Shown: positions 20,060-30,379 of the stretch, in pieces
Layout: the number at the start of each line of letters is the position of its first letter
How positions within the stretch are numbered: the first letter of the stretch is position 1
Assembly (NCBI GenBank): GCA_965224085.1
Contig: CBDCYI010000004.1
Location: 1,376,001-1,440,000, forward strand
Reading direction: 5' to 3'
Origin: Candidatus Marinacidobacterales bacterium
Lineage (GTDB): Bacteria > Acidobacteriota > Vicinamibacteria > Marinacidobacterales > SMYC01
DNA length: 64,000 nucleotides
Program-made: the position numbers and the translations under genes
Notes under the pieces: model-generated
Databases searched by the model: none
What the model was told of the DNA's origin: nothing
The model's input: the letters and a program-made list of their open reading frames with translations, nothing else

Positions 20060-21223
20060 GTGCCCGATCCCTTCACGGTCACCACAAACGAGTCGCGGGG
20101 CTCACGTCTCGCAAATTCCATCAAGTCCGTTTTCTTCGGCTTCGTGCTATTCGTCGTCGCGTTCCCACTCTTGTTCTGGAACGAGGGTCGTGCCGTCCAC
20201 ACTGCGCGAAGCCTGGAAGAAGGCGCGGGCGTCGTGGCGTCGGCATCGGCCGATGCGATCGATCCGTCCAACGCGGGCCGTCTGATCCACGTCAACGGGT
20301 TCGCGAAGACCGAGGATGTGCTGCACGACGACAAATTCGGCGTTTCGGAGAGTGCCGTCCGACTGACACGATCGGTCGAGATGTACCAGTGGGTGGAGCA
20401 CGAGAGCTCGACATCGGAAACGAAACTAGGCGGCAGCAAGGAAACGAAAACGACCTACACATATGTCCAGGAGTGGAATTCATCGAGAGTCGATTCGGCC
20501 AGTTTTCAAATCGTCGAAGGCCATCAGAACCCGGCGGCCATGCCCTATGAACAACGCACGGAGCAGGCCTCGAGTGTGAGCCTAGGCGCCTTTAGCTTGT
20601 CCGATGCCCAAATTCGCCAGCTCACAAAGAGTGAGCCGCTGCGGCTCGAGTCTCTGCCATCGGGCTTTGAAGGTGCGGCGCTTCACGAAGGTCACGTCTA
20701 TGTGGGAAAGGATCCCAGCCATCACGCCATCGGAGATGCGCGGATTCGTTTCAGCGTCGTGAGGCCGGCTGCGGTCAGTATAGTGGCGCTACAAGCCGGG
20801 TCGAGCTTCTCGCCCTATGAGACAGAAGCAGGCGGCACGGTCTCGCTGCTCGAGCAGTCGATGGTCAGCGCCGAAACGATGTTCCAATCGGCGCAACGTT
20901 CGAACACTTTTCTGACTTGGGCGTTGCGTCTCGCCGGCGTTCTCGTCATGTTCTTCGGGCTCGGACTCGTCTTCACGCCGATCGCCGTCTTTGGAGATGT
21001 CGTGCCGATCGTGGGGCGCCTTCTCGCTGCCGGCACCGGTATGTTCTCGGCCCTCGTCGCCGCGTTCTTCTCGATCGGTACGATCGCCATCGCATGGATC
21101 GCCTACCGTCCGCTTCTCGGGGTCGTGCTCGGTTCCCTTGCGATCGGCGCCGTCGTGATGCTCGTCCGCGTCGCCGGCAGACGCGCCAAGCCAGTCGGTC
21201 CACCACCGCTGCCGTCAACTTGA
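20060..21223 (+). CDS. TMEM43-family (DUF1625) membrane protein
   Basis: LLFWNEGRAV, VEMYQW.E, IGDARI.F, TWALR, AWIAYRP. Confidence 0.88.
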   Translation: MPDPFTVTTNESRGSRLANSIKSVFFGFVLFVVAFPLLFWNEGRAVHTARSLEEGAGVVASASADAIDPSNAGRLIHVNGFAKTEDVLHDDKFGVSESAVRLTRSVEMYQWVEHESSTSETKLGGSKETKTTYTYVQEWNSSRVDSASFQIVEGHQNPAAMPYEQRTEQASSVSLGAFSLSDAQIRQLTKSEPLRLESLPSGFEGAALHEGHVYVGKDPSHHAIGDARIRFSVVRPAAVSIVALQAGSSFSPYETEAGGTVSLLEQSMVSAETMFQSAQRSNTFLTWALRLAGVLVMFFGLGLVFTPIAVFGDVVPIVGRLLAAGTGMFSALVAAFFSIGTIAIAWIAYRPLLGVVLGSLAIGAVVMLVRVAGRRAKPVGPPPLPST

Positions 21224-21235
21224 TAAGTACCTCGC

Positions 21236-22132
21236 CTAGTCTCTGGTGCTCCCGATAGCGGCGGCGAAAGCGCTCCCCATCATCGATCCGATCACGCCTA
21301 CGAAAGCCAAAATACTCAAATCGTCCCGAGGTGTTTGCTCCACGTAGCGGAACACGGTTCCCCAATACCACATGAAAGCGGCAATGCCGCCGCCGGAGAA
21401 GGCACCCGCGATGGCGCCGACAATGACCCCCGATAGCGGACCAAGCCGGAACGCCCGGCCTAGAGAGCCTCCGAGGAAACCGCCGCCGAGTCCTCCCGCC
21501 AAAGCGAACGGAAGGCCCGACCCGCCGAGAAGGTCGGCGTTTTGCTCGGTGACGAGCGTGCCTGCAGCAATGGCCGCCGTCGCCGCCGCCGGTGGTGCCA
21601 GGCATGCGCCCGCCACCCGCAAGAACAACATTCGCGAGCTATGGAGTTTCTGGAGCGGCCACGAAACGAAATAGCCTGCGGCAAACGTCGCAAAGGCGAC
21701 CTGCACGGGTCCGCTCACCTTTCCTGTCTCATTGAGAGCCATCGTGCACGACACCGCCGCGAGAACTCCGAGCCATGCGTCGCGGGCATCGAGCGTACAA
21801 AAATCACGCCATCGCACGCTGCGAAGATCTTTCTCAAGGTCCGGCCAGTCCTCGCGGCGAGGCGGAGGCGGTGTCCATTGACCAGGTGCCGTGTAAGTCT
21901 CGTCTTTCGCCGCGCCCGAGGCCGACGGTCTTATCCTTTCATCATAGGCGGCACGCTTGCGCCGGTCGGAGAGCACTAAGTTCGCGGCGACGATCTCTTT
22001 GAAACGCTCTTCGGCGTCCGGATTGTCAGGATTGCGATCGGGGTGGTAGCGCAAGGCGAGACGGCGGTAGGCGCGTTTGATCTCGCGGTGGGACGCTTGG
22101 GGCTCGACACCGAGCGTTTCGTAGAGGGTCAT
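21236..22132 (-). CDS. J-domain protein with Gly/Ala-rich membrane C-terminus
   Basis: YETLGV...[17 protein letters not shown]; hydrophobic C-terminal half. Confidence 0.85.
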   Translation of the reverse strand: MTLYETLGVEPQASHREIKRAYRRLALRYHPDRNPDNPDAEERFKEIVAANLVLSDRRKRAAYDERIRPSASGAAKDETYTAPGQWTPPPPRREDWPDLEKDLRSVRWRDFCTLDARDAWLGVLAAVSCTMALNETGKVSGPVQVAFATFAAGYFVSWPLQKLHSSRMLFLRVAGACLAPPAAATAAIAAGTLVTEQNADLLGGSGLPFALAGGLGGGFLGGSLGRAFRLGPLSGVIVGAIAGAFSGGGIAAFMWYWGTVFRYVEQTPRDDLSILAFVGVIGSMMGSAFAAAIGSTRD

Positions 22133-22206
22133 GCCGAGTTGTTCTGGAAACAGAATGACATAACCGCCGTTTTCGGGCTAGCATGCGCCAGGAAAGGGGG
22201 AGCACA

Positions 22207-23050
22207 ATGCGCAAAGTGTGGGCTCTATTCGAACGTGAACGCGCACTCTCTTTCACGGGTCTTTTTGGACTAGGGCTCAGCGCGGTTTGTTTCGCCGCGA
22301 TGGCGCATCACGGCGTCCTCGTCGAGCCGGAAGGCCATCTCGAAAAGGCCGCGACGTTCGACGGTGCTGTCGGGATCTTTCTCTTGACCCTCGCCCTCAT
22401 TGCGCCCAATGCGGGCTTGTCACGCTGGGGCGGCCGCATGTGGCGCTTTAGCCTCGTAGGATTGACGCTGTTCGGTTACTCCGTCGAGACGGTGCAAATG
22501 TTCCGGGGTCTCGACCCGCGGTTTACCCAGGTTGGCACAACGGCGGACCAAGTGCTCGGAGGCGTCTTCTTTCTTTCCGCTATTGGGATCATGATCTGCT
22601 TTATCGTGCTCACGCTGCGTTTCTTTTTTCGAAGCACAGAAGATCGTGACGGTCCGCTCGTGCTCGCGCTCCGCTACGGGGCTGTGGCGGCGTTGCTCGC
22701 TTTCGGTATCGGAATCGCGATGTCGGTACGCGGCAGCCCGAGAGTCGAGGAGGCGGGGAACCTTCTCCCGCTGCACGCAGCGGGGTTTCACGGGCTTCAA
22801 GCCGTGCCGCTCATCGCCCTCACGTTTCGCTGGGCGGGACGCTCGGCCGAGGACGCTCGCGCGAGCGTTCATCTGGCGGGCATATTCTGGCTCGTTGCTT
22901 GCGTTGCGATCGCCTTTCAGAGTTTTGCTGGGGCATTCCCTCCTCGAGCCAAGCGCCGCGAGCGCGCTCGCAGTCCTAGCGCTTGGCGCTTGGGCCGTGT
23001 TGTTCACGCGCGCCGCACACGCCTGGAAAGCGGCGGGAGGCAAGTGGTAG
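22207..23050 (+). pseudogene. Membrane protein, frameshifted near 22930
   Basis: Multi-TM ORF with GNLLPLHAAGFHGLQ; the hydrophobic tail continues in another frame ending at 23050. Confidence 0.6.
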
Positions 23051-23071
23051 CCTGTCCGGCTCGCACAGGAG

Positions 23072-23299
23072 GTGCGCCATGAAATCGATATCCAAGGCGT
23101 CTCCTATCGCTGGGGAGGCGACGAGCACGGGATTTTGCAATTCAAGAACCCGAGCCGCCGCATCGAAGTGGGGGACAAAGTCCTCTTGATCGCGTCGCAC
23201 TGCGACCCCACGGTGAACCTCTACGATCATTTCTACCCGTACCGCTCCGAAATGGTCACCGAGCTCTGGCCCATCGCCGCTCGTGGACGCTCGCAGTAA
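23072..23299 (+). pseudogene. DSD1/D-threonine aldolase-family C-terminal fragment
   Basis: GDEHG...VGDKV..IASHCDPTVNLYD...WPIAARG; PLP barrel absent. Confidence 0.8.
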
Positions 23300-23369
23300 G
23301 CGTTTCCGGCGCGGAACACGGCCCACGTCGACCCATTTCGAGTCGTGTTCCGCGAAATGAAACGTCCGG

Positions 23370-23827
23370 CTACGCGGCGCGAGCGCCGAGGCCGTAGCTC
23401 TCCAAACCGTCAATGACGCTTTCGAGCACGCCCCGGAACTGCGCCGCCATGATGGTATTGCCCATTACCCAACCGAGCGGTCCGTATTTGGGCGCGAACT
23501 CGAAATCGAACGAGACGGCCGAGCGCGCAGCACCTCGAGGCTCGACGCTGAGCTTCGCGATCGCTTCTTTGAGCGGGAACTTGGCCATGTCGGTAATCGC
23601 GATCGTCATGCTCTCGCCGTCTTCATAGCTCACGATATACTCGCGGATACGATTGCCCTTGCCAAAGCGCAGAACCGCTCCGCGCCGTGACCGGTGGAAC
23701 GCTCTCCGACGGTCCCGGACTCGCGCACGAGCGGATGGAAGTTCTGAATGGCGCCAAAATCATCGATGAGCTGCCAAGCCTTCTCAGCCGGAAGCGCAAT
23801 CTCTTTCGTTACTTTCACGCTGACCAT
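23370..23827 (-). pseudogene. SRPBCC-family protein, frameshifted
   Basis: AW.LI.DFG.I..FHP.V...GAER.C in one frame; KYGPLGWVMG in another. Confidence 0.75.
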
Positions 23828-23967
23828 GTCGTATCTCCTTTTTTAGAGCTGGGTCATGCCGCCATCCACGACGAGCTCGGCTCCGAGCACGTAGGACGAC
23901 GCCGATGAGGACAAGAACAGGACGGCTTCGGCGATCTCGTCCGCCGAGCCCATGCGCTTCATGGGAA

Positions 23968-24003
23968 GTGAACAACCACCGCCTAGAAGGCGGTGGCTTC
24001 AAG
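23968..24003 (-). mobile_element. Orphan IS200/IS605-type right-end hairpin
   Basis: Minus strand GAAGCCACCGCCT-TCT-AGGCGGTGG-TTGTTCAC, ending exactly at the SDR junction. Confidence 0.6.
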
Positions 24004-24052
24004 GGCTGTCAATTGGAAATTGACTGTCGTCGTGAAGAGGCTCGCCAGAAAC

Positions 24053-25291
24053 TCAGGGTGTAGCGTTGGCAAGAGGTGTGAGAGTGACGTCAAAACCGAG
24101 CTCCCTTAGGCGTCGTGTCATTCGTATTGTGAGCTGTTCCTTGTCGCGTTGATGGAAGTAATCGGCACCCAGTTCCCGGTATGGAATCTCATTGTGGAGC
24201 ATGTAGTAGACGGCGGTGATGATGGAGGCGGCGACGGCGACGACAGCTTTCTTGGGGCCCCGACGAGATTTGAGCCGGAAGAACTGGGCACGCAGATAGC
24301 TGTCGCGCTTGCGGCTTGCCGCCCAAGCGGCTTGGACAAGAGCGGTCTTGAGCCATGGAGCCCCTTTGCGGGTTTTCTGAGAAAAGCGTTTACCGGCACT
24401 CTCATGAAGCCGTGGGCATAGACCGGCCCAAGAGCGAAGGTGTCCGGCCGTTGGGAATGCCGAGACATCGGGTCCGATCTCGGCGACGAGAATGGCCGCC
24501 GTGGCTTCACTGATGCCCGGGATCGTCACCAGAAGCTCGACGGCCGATCGAAAAGGGCGCAGGCTCTCTGTGATACGGGATTCGAGCGCGCTCACTGAGG
24601 CTTCAAGCTGCTCGATATGATTGAGATGAAAACCCAACAGGAAACGATGATGGTCGGTAACGTAGCCCTCGAGCGCTGCGCTCAATTCCTGTTCAGTGGC
24701 TTTGAGTCGGCTTGAGCCCAGCTCACTCAGCTTGTGAGGGTCGCTTTCTCCCGCAATGATCGCTCGGAGAATCGCCCGCCCGCTTACTCCCAAAATCGTG
24801 CTAATCACGCTCGTCAATTTGATGTTCGCGTCTTCCAACGTCTTTTGAATTCGCTGGGTCTCCCGAGCGATTTCTCGAACGAACTGCTTTCGCGTTCGGG
24901 TCAGCTCTCGCAGTTCCTGGATCGGCGTTGGCGGAACGAAGCTAGCTCGAATGAGACCATGGGCAAGCAAATCCGCTATCCACAAGGCATCACTGATATC
25001 GCTCTTACGACCCGGCATGTTCTTGACGTGGGCCGGTTGTGCCAACACCAACTCAAAATGACCTTCGAGCACATGCCACACCGGCTTCCAATACACTCCG
25101 GTCGCTTCCATCGCTACAATCGTGCAACCGCACTGCCCCAGCCAATCCAACATTTCCAGCAATTCGCTCGTGGCCGTGCCGAACACACGCGTCTCGCGCA
25201 CCACCTTCCGCTTCGTCGCTACCCGCACGCAAGCCGTAATCGATTTCTGGTGGACGTCCAATCCGGCGCATCGCTTATGAACCACTCTCAT
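24053..25291 (-). CDS. IS110-family recombinase/transposase
   Basis: GLDVHQ, MEATGVYW, GRKSD..DA (DEDD RuvC), TIPGI, WAGLCP...SAGK. Confidence 0.96.
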   Translation of the reverse strand: MRVVHKRCAGLDVHQKSITACVRVATKRKVVRETRVFGTATSELLEMLDWLGQCGCTIVAMEATGVYWKPVWHVLEGHFELVLAQPAHVKNMPGRKSDISDALWIADLLAHGLIRASFVPPTPIQELRELTRTRKQFVREIARETQRIQKTLEDANIKLTSVISTILGVSGRAILRAIIAGESDPHKLSELGSSRLKATEQELSAALEGYVTDHHRFLLGFHLNHIEQLEASVSALESRITESLRPFRSAVELLVTIPGISEATAAILVAEIGPDVSAFPTAGHLRSWAGLCPRLHESAGKRFSQKTRKGAPWLKTALVQAAWAASRKRDSYLRAQFFRLKSRRGPKKAVVAVAASIITAVYYMLHNEIPYRELGADYFHQRDKEQLTIRMTRRLRELGFDVTLTPLANATP

Positions 25292-25515
25292 CGCAGCCTC
25301 CTTCACGTCGCACCGGCGTGGAGCCCACGAACTTGTAATCTAATAGACGCGCTCAACTATCCCAGCTGGAATAGAAAACGCAATTTGGGGTACGCGCAGG
25401 ACTCCCAGCCAAACTTGACAACGGGCTCAGTCGCACCAACGTTAAGCCGACCTCTGAGCCGGTGCCACCTTCACAGACTACCGCGTTTCATTCATTCGGG
25501 GTGGCCGTCAGGCCG
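25292..25515 (-). ncRNA. Candidate IS110 bridge-RNA-like non-coding end
   Basis: ~220 nt upstream of the transposase with nested pairings (GCACCGGC/GCCGGTGC, GGCTCAG/CTGAGCC, GAGCCC/GGGCTC). Confidence 0.55.
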
Positions 25516-26209
25516 TGGAAAACTTGACACAAAATGCCTTGCGCCATCTTCTCTAGCTCTTCCTCGGGTATATCGAACTTGCCGAAGATCGGAGTCTCGA
25601 TAGGGCCGGGGCTCACGACGTTGACTCGGATGCCGCGCTCGACGAGTTCGGCGGAAAGACCCCGCGCTAGATTCCGGACCGCCGCCTTGGTCGCGGAATA
25701 GACGGATAGTCCCGCGACGCCCGTTTGGTCGGCGATCGAAGCGTTCAGAACGATGGCCGCACCCTCGTTCAGCCGAGGAAGCGCTTTTTGGACCGTGAAG
25801 AAAGCCCCTTTGACGTTGATGTCGAACTGGCGGTCGAAAAACTCCTCGCTGACGTTCCCAAGCGGCGCCGCTTGAGCGATGCCCGCGTTCACGAAGAGTG
25901 CGTCGATCCCCTTGCCACGCTTGCCGACCTCGGCGAACAAGCGGTCGAGGTCTTTGAGATTGGCCACATCCCCCTGGACGCCGTGGCCATGTCCGTTCAG
26001 AGAGGCTACGGCATGGTCGAGGGTCTCTTGGTTGCGGCCGAAAACCACGACGTCGGCGCCTTCACGCGCAAAAGCCTGAGCGGCAGCGAGACCGATCCCG
26101 CTATTGCCACCGGTGACGACCGTCAATTTCTTCTCGAAACGTTCCATCGTTCTCCTCCGTTTGCTGATGATTATTGATTGAATGGTCAATAAGTGGTCAA
26201 ATTTTTTTC

Positions 26210-26782
26210 CTAGTGAAGCAGGGCGCGCACGGCCGAGATGGCGTCGCGCTTATACGCCGGTCCTTGAACTTTGGCGACGACGGAAAGCCCTTGCCCCAGC
26301 GTCGTGAGCAGCCGCGCGATCGCTTTCACGTCGCGATCTTCGGGAAGCTCTCCCGCGTCGCGAGCCTTTTCGAGCGTCCGCCGAAACGCGCGCTCGATGC
26401 ATCCGAGAATCTTTGCCATGAAGGGCTCGAGCTCCGGCTCGCGGGCGCCGAGCTCCGCGAGCGAGTTAGAAAGAAAGCATCCGCGCTTGTTCTGCGCGGC
26501 GCCCCACATATCGAGCACCGCCTCGATGTTCGAGATGGGGGAGCCCTCGGTGCCGAGCTGCACGATGATAGGGTCGAGATAGAGCTTGCGATATCGTTCG
26601 AGAGACTTCTCGAAGAGCTCCCGTTTGTCCCCGAAAGCGTTATAGAGGCTTTGGCGGCCAAGTCCAGTGCACGCCTCGAGCTCCGAAAGCCCGGTCTTTT
26701 CGAATCCCTTTTCCCAGAACTTCTCCATGCAAGCTCCGAGCGCTTGCTCTCGGTCGAATTCTGGAGGCCGTCCGCGCGTCAT
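26210..26782 (-). CDS. TetR/AcrR regulator
   Basis: GRPPEFD...FWEKGF..T...GLGRQSLYNAFGDK, GCFLSN. Related palindromes lie upstream of it (ATTGACTGGTCTGTCAAG ~26800) and of the SDR (TTGATTGAATGGTCAA ~26174). Confidence 0.92.
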   Translation of the reverse strand: MTRGRPPEFDREQALGACMEKFWEKGFEKTGLSELEACTGLGRQSLYNAFGDKRELFEKSLERYRKLYLDPIIVQLGTEGSPISNIEAVLDMWGAAQNKRGCFLSNSLAELGAREPELEPFMAKILGCIERAFRRTLEKARDAGELPEDRDVKAIARLLTTLGQGLSVVAKVQGPAYKRDAISAVRALLH

Positions 26783-26892
26783 GATCTCAGTCTAGCCATT
26801 ATTGACTGGTCTGTCAAGAAATACCGGGCGAAACACACGGAAGCCAAATCTACATAGGTTGAGCCTCGATTCGCTCGCGGTTAAGGTCCCGC

Positions 26893-27777
26893 ATGATGAC
26901 TCGACAGCTCTCGATCGCTGCTTTGATGATCTTCGCAGCCTGCGCGACGTCTAGCGAGCCGCCGCTCGCAGTCGAGGTCGAGCTCGGACGATGCACGGAG
27001 CGCAGCACAACCAAGTATGACGACGTCTCGATCCGCTCGCTTCACATCCCGATGCGAAACGGCGTCCGCATCGCGGTGGACCTCGTGCTGCCGGATCCGC
27101 TTCCCGAAGGCGTCAAGCTCCCCGCGATCTTGACGATGATCCGCTATTGGCGCTCGTTCGAAGCGGACGGTGCGAATGCCGTCCAGCGGTTCTTCGCTAC
27201 GCGCGGCTACGCGGTCATCACGGGGGACAGGCGCCTTATTCGGCACCTGGCCCTATCATCGCGCGCTCGATGAGACCAAGGACTTCGGTGAGATCGTGGA
27301 CTGGATCGTCGACCAGCCGTGGTCGAGCGGCATCGTTGGCGGTTTCGGCACGTCCTATACCGCGAACACCGCGGATTGGTTGTCGCAGAACAACCATCCC
27401 GCCGTGAAGGCCATCATACCGCGCTTTCCTGACTTCGATCCGTATGCGGACCTCTATTTTCCCGGCGGCATCTTTCACGTTGCTTTCGGCAAAGGTTGGG
27501 GCGCAGCCGTCAAGGAGATGGACTTGAAGGCCCGCATCATTCTTACTTGTCGAAAGACGCGGCCCCGATGGTCCCCGGTGAGGTTTTCGAGGTCGCGATC
27601 GGCCTTCACCCGACGTCCGTCCTGTTGCGCAAGGGCCACCGTATCCGCATCGCGATTGCGGGCGCTGACAAGGACACCTTCACTCGTATTCCGGAGAGCG
27701 GAACGCCCAGTTGGACGATCGAGCGCAGTGAAGCTCGGCCGTCTCACGTCGAGCTTCCGATGCGCGAGCGGCCGTGA
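26893..27777 (+). pseudogene. CocE/NonD-family hydrolase, frameshifted with large internal deletion
   Basis: IPMRNGVRIAVD..LP, RGTGA.FG, W...QPWS.G.VG.FGTSY, then jumps at ~27525 to the C-terminal GHRIRIAIAGAD. Confidence 0.85.
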
Positions 27778-27795
27778 TCGACCTGATAGAAACCA

Positions 27796-28583
27796 ATGTT
27801 CACGAGAACTTTGACACGCTGTCTTCTGTTGAGTCCGTGCCTTGCTTGGAACTTGACCCTGGGTGCGGCGGTCGCCAGCCCGAAACCTTGTAGCGATTTT
27901 GTTCAGTGGCTTCAGCACGAGAAGCCGGAGAGTAACCCTCGCTTACTCGTCGCTCGGTTTCGTGATCATCTGCTCAGCTCTGGAAGCGGCCCAGCGGACG
28001 TTGAACGCACAATGCTCCAGGTGTGGCGTTGCGCCTTTCAAGACCGGGAGGCCCTCCGGCTGTTGTGGAATAGTGTCTATGCTGGTGACGATCCGATCTT
28101 CCTAGACGCGCCGAACAGGCTTCTCGTGGAAGTAGCCGAACAGCGGTCCCCCGGTGCGGCGCTCGATGTAGGATGGGTCAAGGACGGAATTCAATTTATC
28201 TGGCGCTGGACGGCTGGTGCGTGACGGGGATTGACCCATCCGACGAGAGTATTCGTAGGGCTCGCGCCGCCGCTGCCAGAGCGGATGTCGAGATTACGAC
28301 GGCGGTGGCAGCGGACGACGAGTTTGATTTTGGAACGGAGAGGTGGGACCTCATCGTTGTGACGTACGTCAAAACCCTCGCGGAGAAGGACGCGGAAAGG
28401 ATCGCGCGCGCGCTGCGTCGTGGCGGCGTCTTGGTTTACGAAAACGGCGCTGCCGATGATAGCCAAGTGCTTCAGGCGTTTGCGAATTTCCGAATCCTTC
28501 GATTTGAGGATGCGCTGGACTACGCGGATTGGAATCCGAACGAGAAAATGAGGATTTATCGGTTGGTTGCTCAACGAAGGTGA
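27796..28583 (+). pseudogene. Class I SAM-dependent methyltransferase, frameshifted ~28172
   Basis: PGAALDVG and MGQGRNSIYLA..GW.VTGID are split across two frames. Confidence 0.8.
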
Positions 28584-28593
28584 TCGGTCTGGC

Positions 28594-28653
28594 GTCCACC
28601 GGCAGCTGGAGCCAACGATCTCTGCCGCCCGCAGCTCAGTTTTTCGGTTAGAC
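28594..28653 (+). other. attC site (left arm degenerate)
   Basis: GCTGGAGC...GCAGCTCAG-TTTTTCG-GTTAGAC; core GTTAGAC at 28647-28653. Confidence 0.65.
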
Positions 28654-28665
28654 GGACTTGATGCA

Positions 28666-29034
28666 ATGGCAAAACTTTCTAGCCTCGCGCTCGCCGCTGT
28701 GGTGGCGGCCTGCCTGTTGTTTGTTGCCAACCGACTGGTGAATCCGGTTCCGATCCCTGCCGTCGGTGTAATTGTCGGCGGCTTGATCGGCTTCTCCATG
28801 CGCAAGGGCTCGTTGTGGCTCGTAATCAGCGGCTCTACCGGTTGCCTAATCGGAGCGGGCGTCCATGCGTACTCCCATTTCGCCGAAGGACGGGTTCAGT
28901 CCGCATCGCAGCTCATTTCCCACGTTCTGGGAGATACCGGCGTTGGTATACTGATCGGCACCGCGGTGCTTGGCGCTGTCAAAGCGACCAACTCGCTCGT
29001 GCGGCGGTCTCAATCCCAGGATGCGGCCGTCTAA
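28666..29034 (+). CDS. Integron gene-cassette small membrane protein
   Basis: Hydrophobic ORF bounded by GTTAGACGG (28647) and CCGTCTAAC (29027-29035); the stop codon lies inside the inverse core. Confidence 0.75.
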   Translation: MAKLSSLALAAVVAACLLFVANRLVNPVPIPAVGVIVGGLIGFSMRKGSLWLVISGSTGCLIGAGVHAYSHFAEGRVQSASQLISHVLGDTGVGILIGTAVLGAVKATNSLVRRSQSQDAAV

Positions 29035-29059
29035 CCGAGATGGAAGTCCGCTGCGCCAG

Positions 29060-29290
29060 TCCAGGTGGCTGTTCTCGTCACGACGTGGGATCGCCAGCTG
29101 AGCGTCCAGAACAAGTTCCGCGCGGTTTTAATTCTCCACGAAATCGTCGTCCAACGAGCGATCCGCGACGCCGTACGCATGGCCGGCCCCGCCAGGAGCT
29201 GCCTGGCCACAGCAACGTCAGCACCGCCATGATCTACTGTCACTTTCTAAACCGTGGAGGCCGAGGCGTTAAAAGTCCTCTAGACTGTCA
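29060..29290 (+). pseudogene. intI: Integron integrase C-terminal remnant
   Basis: [18 protein letters not shown] then [30 protein letters not shown]; the HxxRH segment is deleted. Confidence 0.85.
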
Positions 29291-29707
29291 TTTCAGGAAC
29301 ATGACCCCACCTTTTCAGAGACATGACTCCGGGGTCAAAGGCCTACCCTAGAATCAATACCACAACTTCCTCGGGTCTGTACTAGATCTCTTCCGTCGAG
29401 GATAGAGAATCGACGTCCGGGGTGTCGGAGGGAGCGGGCCAAATAAGAGAAGCGAAGCTTCCTTCCCGCTCCCGGAGACAGCCCGGACGTCGGCGCCGAG
29501 GGGGGTACCCCAGGTATTGGCCGCTCGACGAGAGGCTGCTCCCGGGCGATGGTGGGGCTTGTTTTCGCGCTTCGTTGGTCGAATACGCACGGTGCCGCTG
29601 CTCATCGCACCGTTATCGGGATGAGGCACCCGCAACGCGCCCTCGTACTCAGAGTGCGGTTCGTGCGCGTAGGACTGATGCGGGTATACTGAGAGCCGGG
29701 GTTCGAC

Positions 29708-29944
29708 ATGGCCAAACGTATTGAGATCCCACCAGCGGGATTTGACAATTTGTCGGTCGACGAACAGATCGACTATGTGCAGGACCTCTGGGGCTGGATC
29801 GTCGCAAGACCCGAGGATGTGCCTGTTCTCGATTGGCAGAAAGAACTCATTGACGAGCGTTTACGTCAACATGAAGCCAATCCTGAAGACACGGCCCCCT
29901 GGAAGGAAGTGCGCGCGCGCCTTTTGGAGAAGTACTCGACCTAG
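29708..29944 (+). CDS. Addiction-module antitoxin component
   Basis: LSVDEQIDYVQDLW...WQKELIDERL...PWKEVRARL; upstream of a ParE/RelE toxin; TATACT -10 at ~29686. Confidence 0.88.
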   Translation: MAKRIEIPPAGFDNLSVDEQIDYVQDLWGWIVARPEDVPVLDWQKELIDERLRQHEANPEDTAPWKEVRARLLEKYST

Positions 29945-29950
29945 AGCGGA

Positions 29951-30244
29951 ATGAGTCGCCGACTTGTTCTGCGAGTTCAGGCCGAGGTCGACATCGATGA
30001 GGCAGCCTCCTGGTACGAGGTTGAGAGGGCTGGACTCGGCGTCAATTTCATCCAAGATGTGAACTTTCTGTTGGAGAGAGTGGAAGAGAACCCTTTTCAG
30101 TTCCCAGTCGTTCACGGCGAAACGAGACGCGCGATGACGAAGCGTTTCCCGTACGGAGTCTTTTTCACCGTCGACGACGAAGAGATTCTAGTCCTGGCGG
30201 TTGTGCATCTGCATCGCCATCCCGATGCATGGAAGAAGCGTTGA
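29951..30244 (+). CDS. RelE/ParE-family toxin
   Basis: AEVDIDEAASWYE....GLG..F, RRAMTKRFPYGVFF, VLAVVH..RHP..W. Confidence 0.92.
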   Translation: MSRRLVLRVQAEVDIDEAASWYEVERAGLGVNFIQDVNFLLERVEENPFQFPVVHGETRRAMTKRFPYGVFFTVDDEEILVLAVVHLHRHPDAWKKR

Positions 30245-30261
30245 ACTCAAACTGAAGGACC

Positions 30262-30379
30262 TGATAACAATGAGTTCGAGCGGACGGCGCTGAGTCTTCC
30301 TCAAGCTCATGAATCGAATCGAGACGGCTGGGGCTTCGGCAACGTCTTCGCCGCGCCGCCGCTCAACTCACTGTTTAGC
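30262..30379 (+). other. attC site of the first TA cassette
   Basis: GATAAC-AA-TGAGTTCGAGCGGACGGCG ... CGCCGCCGCTCAACTCA-CT-GT(T)TAGC: paired arms with extrahelical bases. Confidence 0.85.

Larger units (their letters stand above)
23843..26147 (-). pseudogene. SDR oxidoreductase split by a ~1.55 kb insertion (23968-25520)
   Basis: N-part TGGNSGIG, NAG, YSATK...GILCQV (26147-25521); C-part [18 protein letters not shown]...VDGG (23967-23843). The parts rejoin as QVPMKR. Confidence 0.9.

Noticed and set aside
29295-29340. REP-like CATGACCCC/GGGGTCA motifs or an attI site after the IntI remnant
   Set aside because: Too short and degenerate; no RAYT transposase nearby and no clear attI structure.
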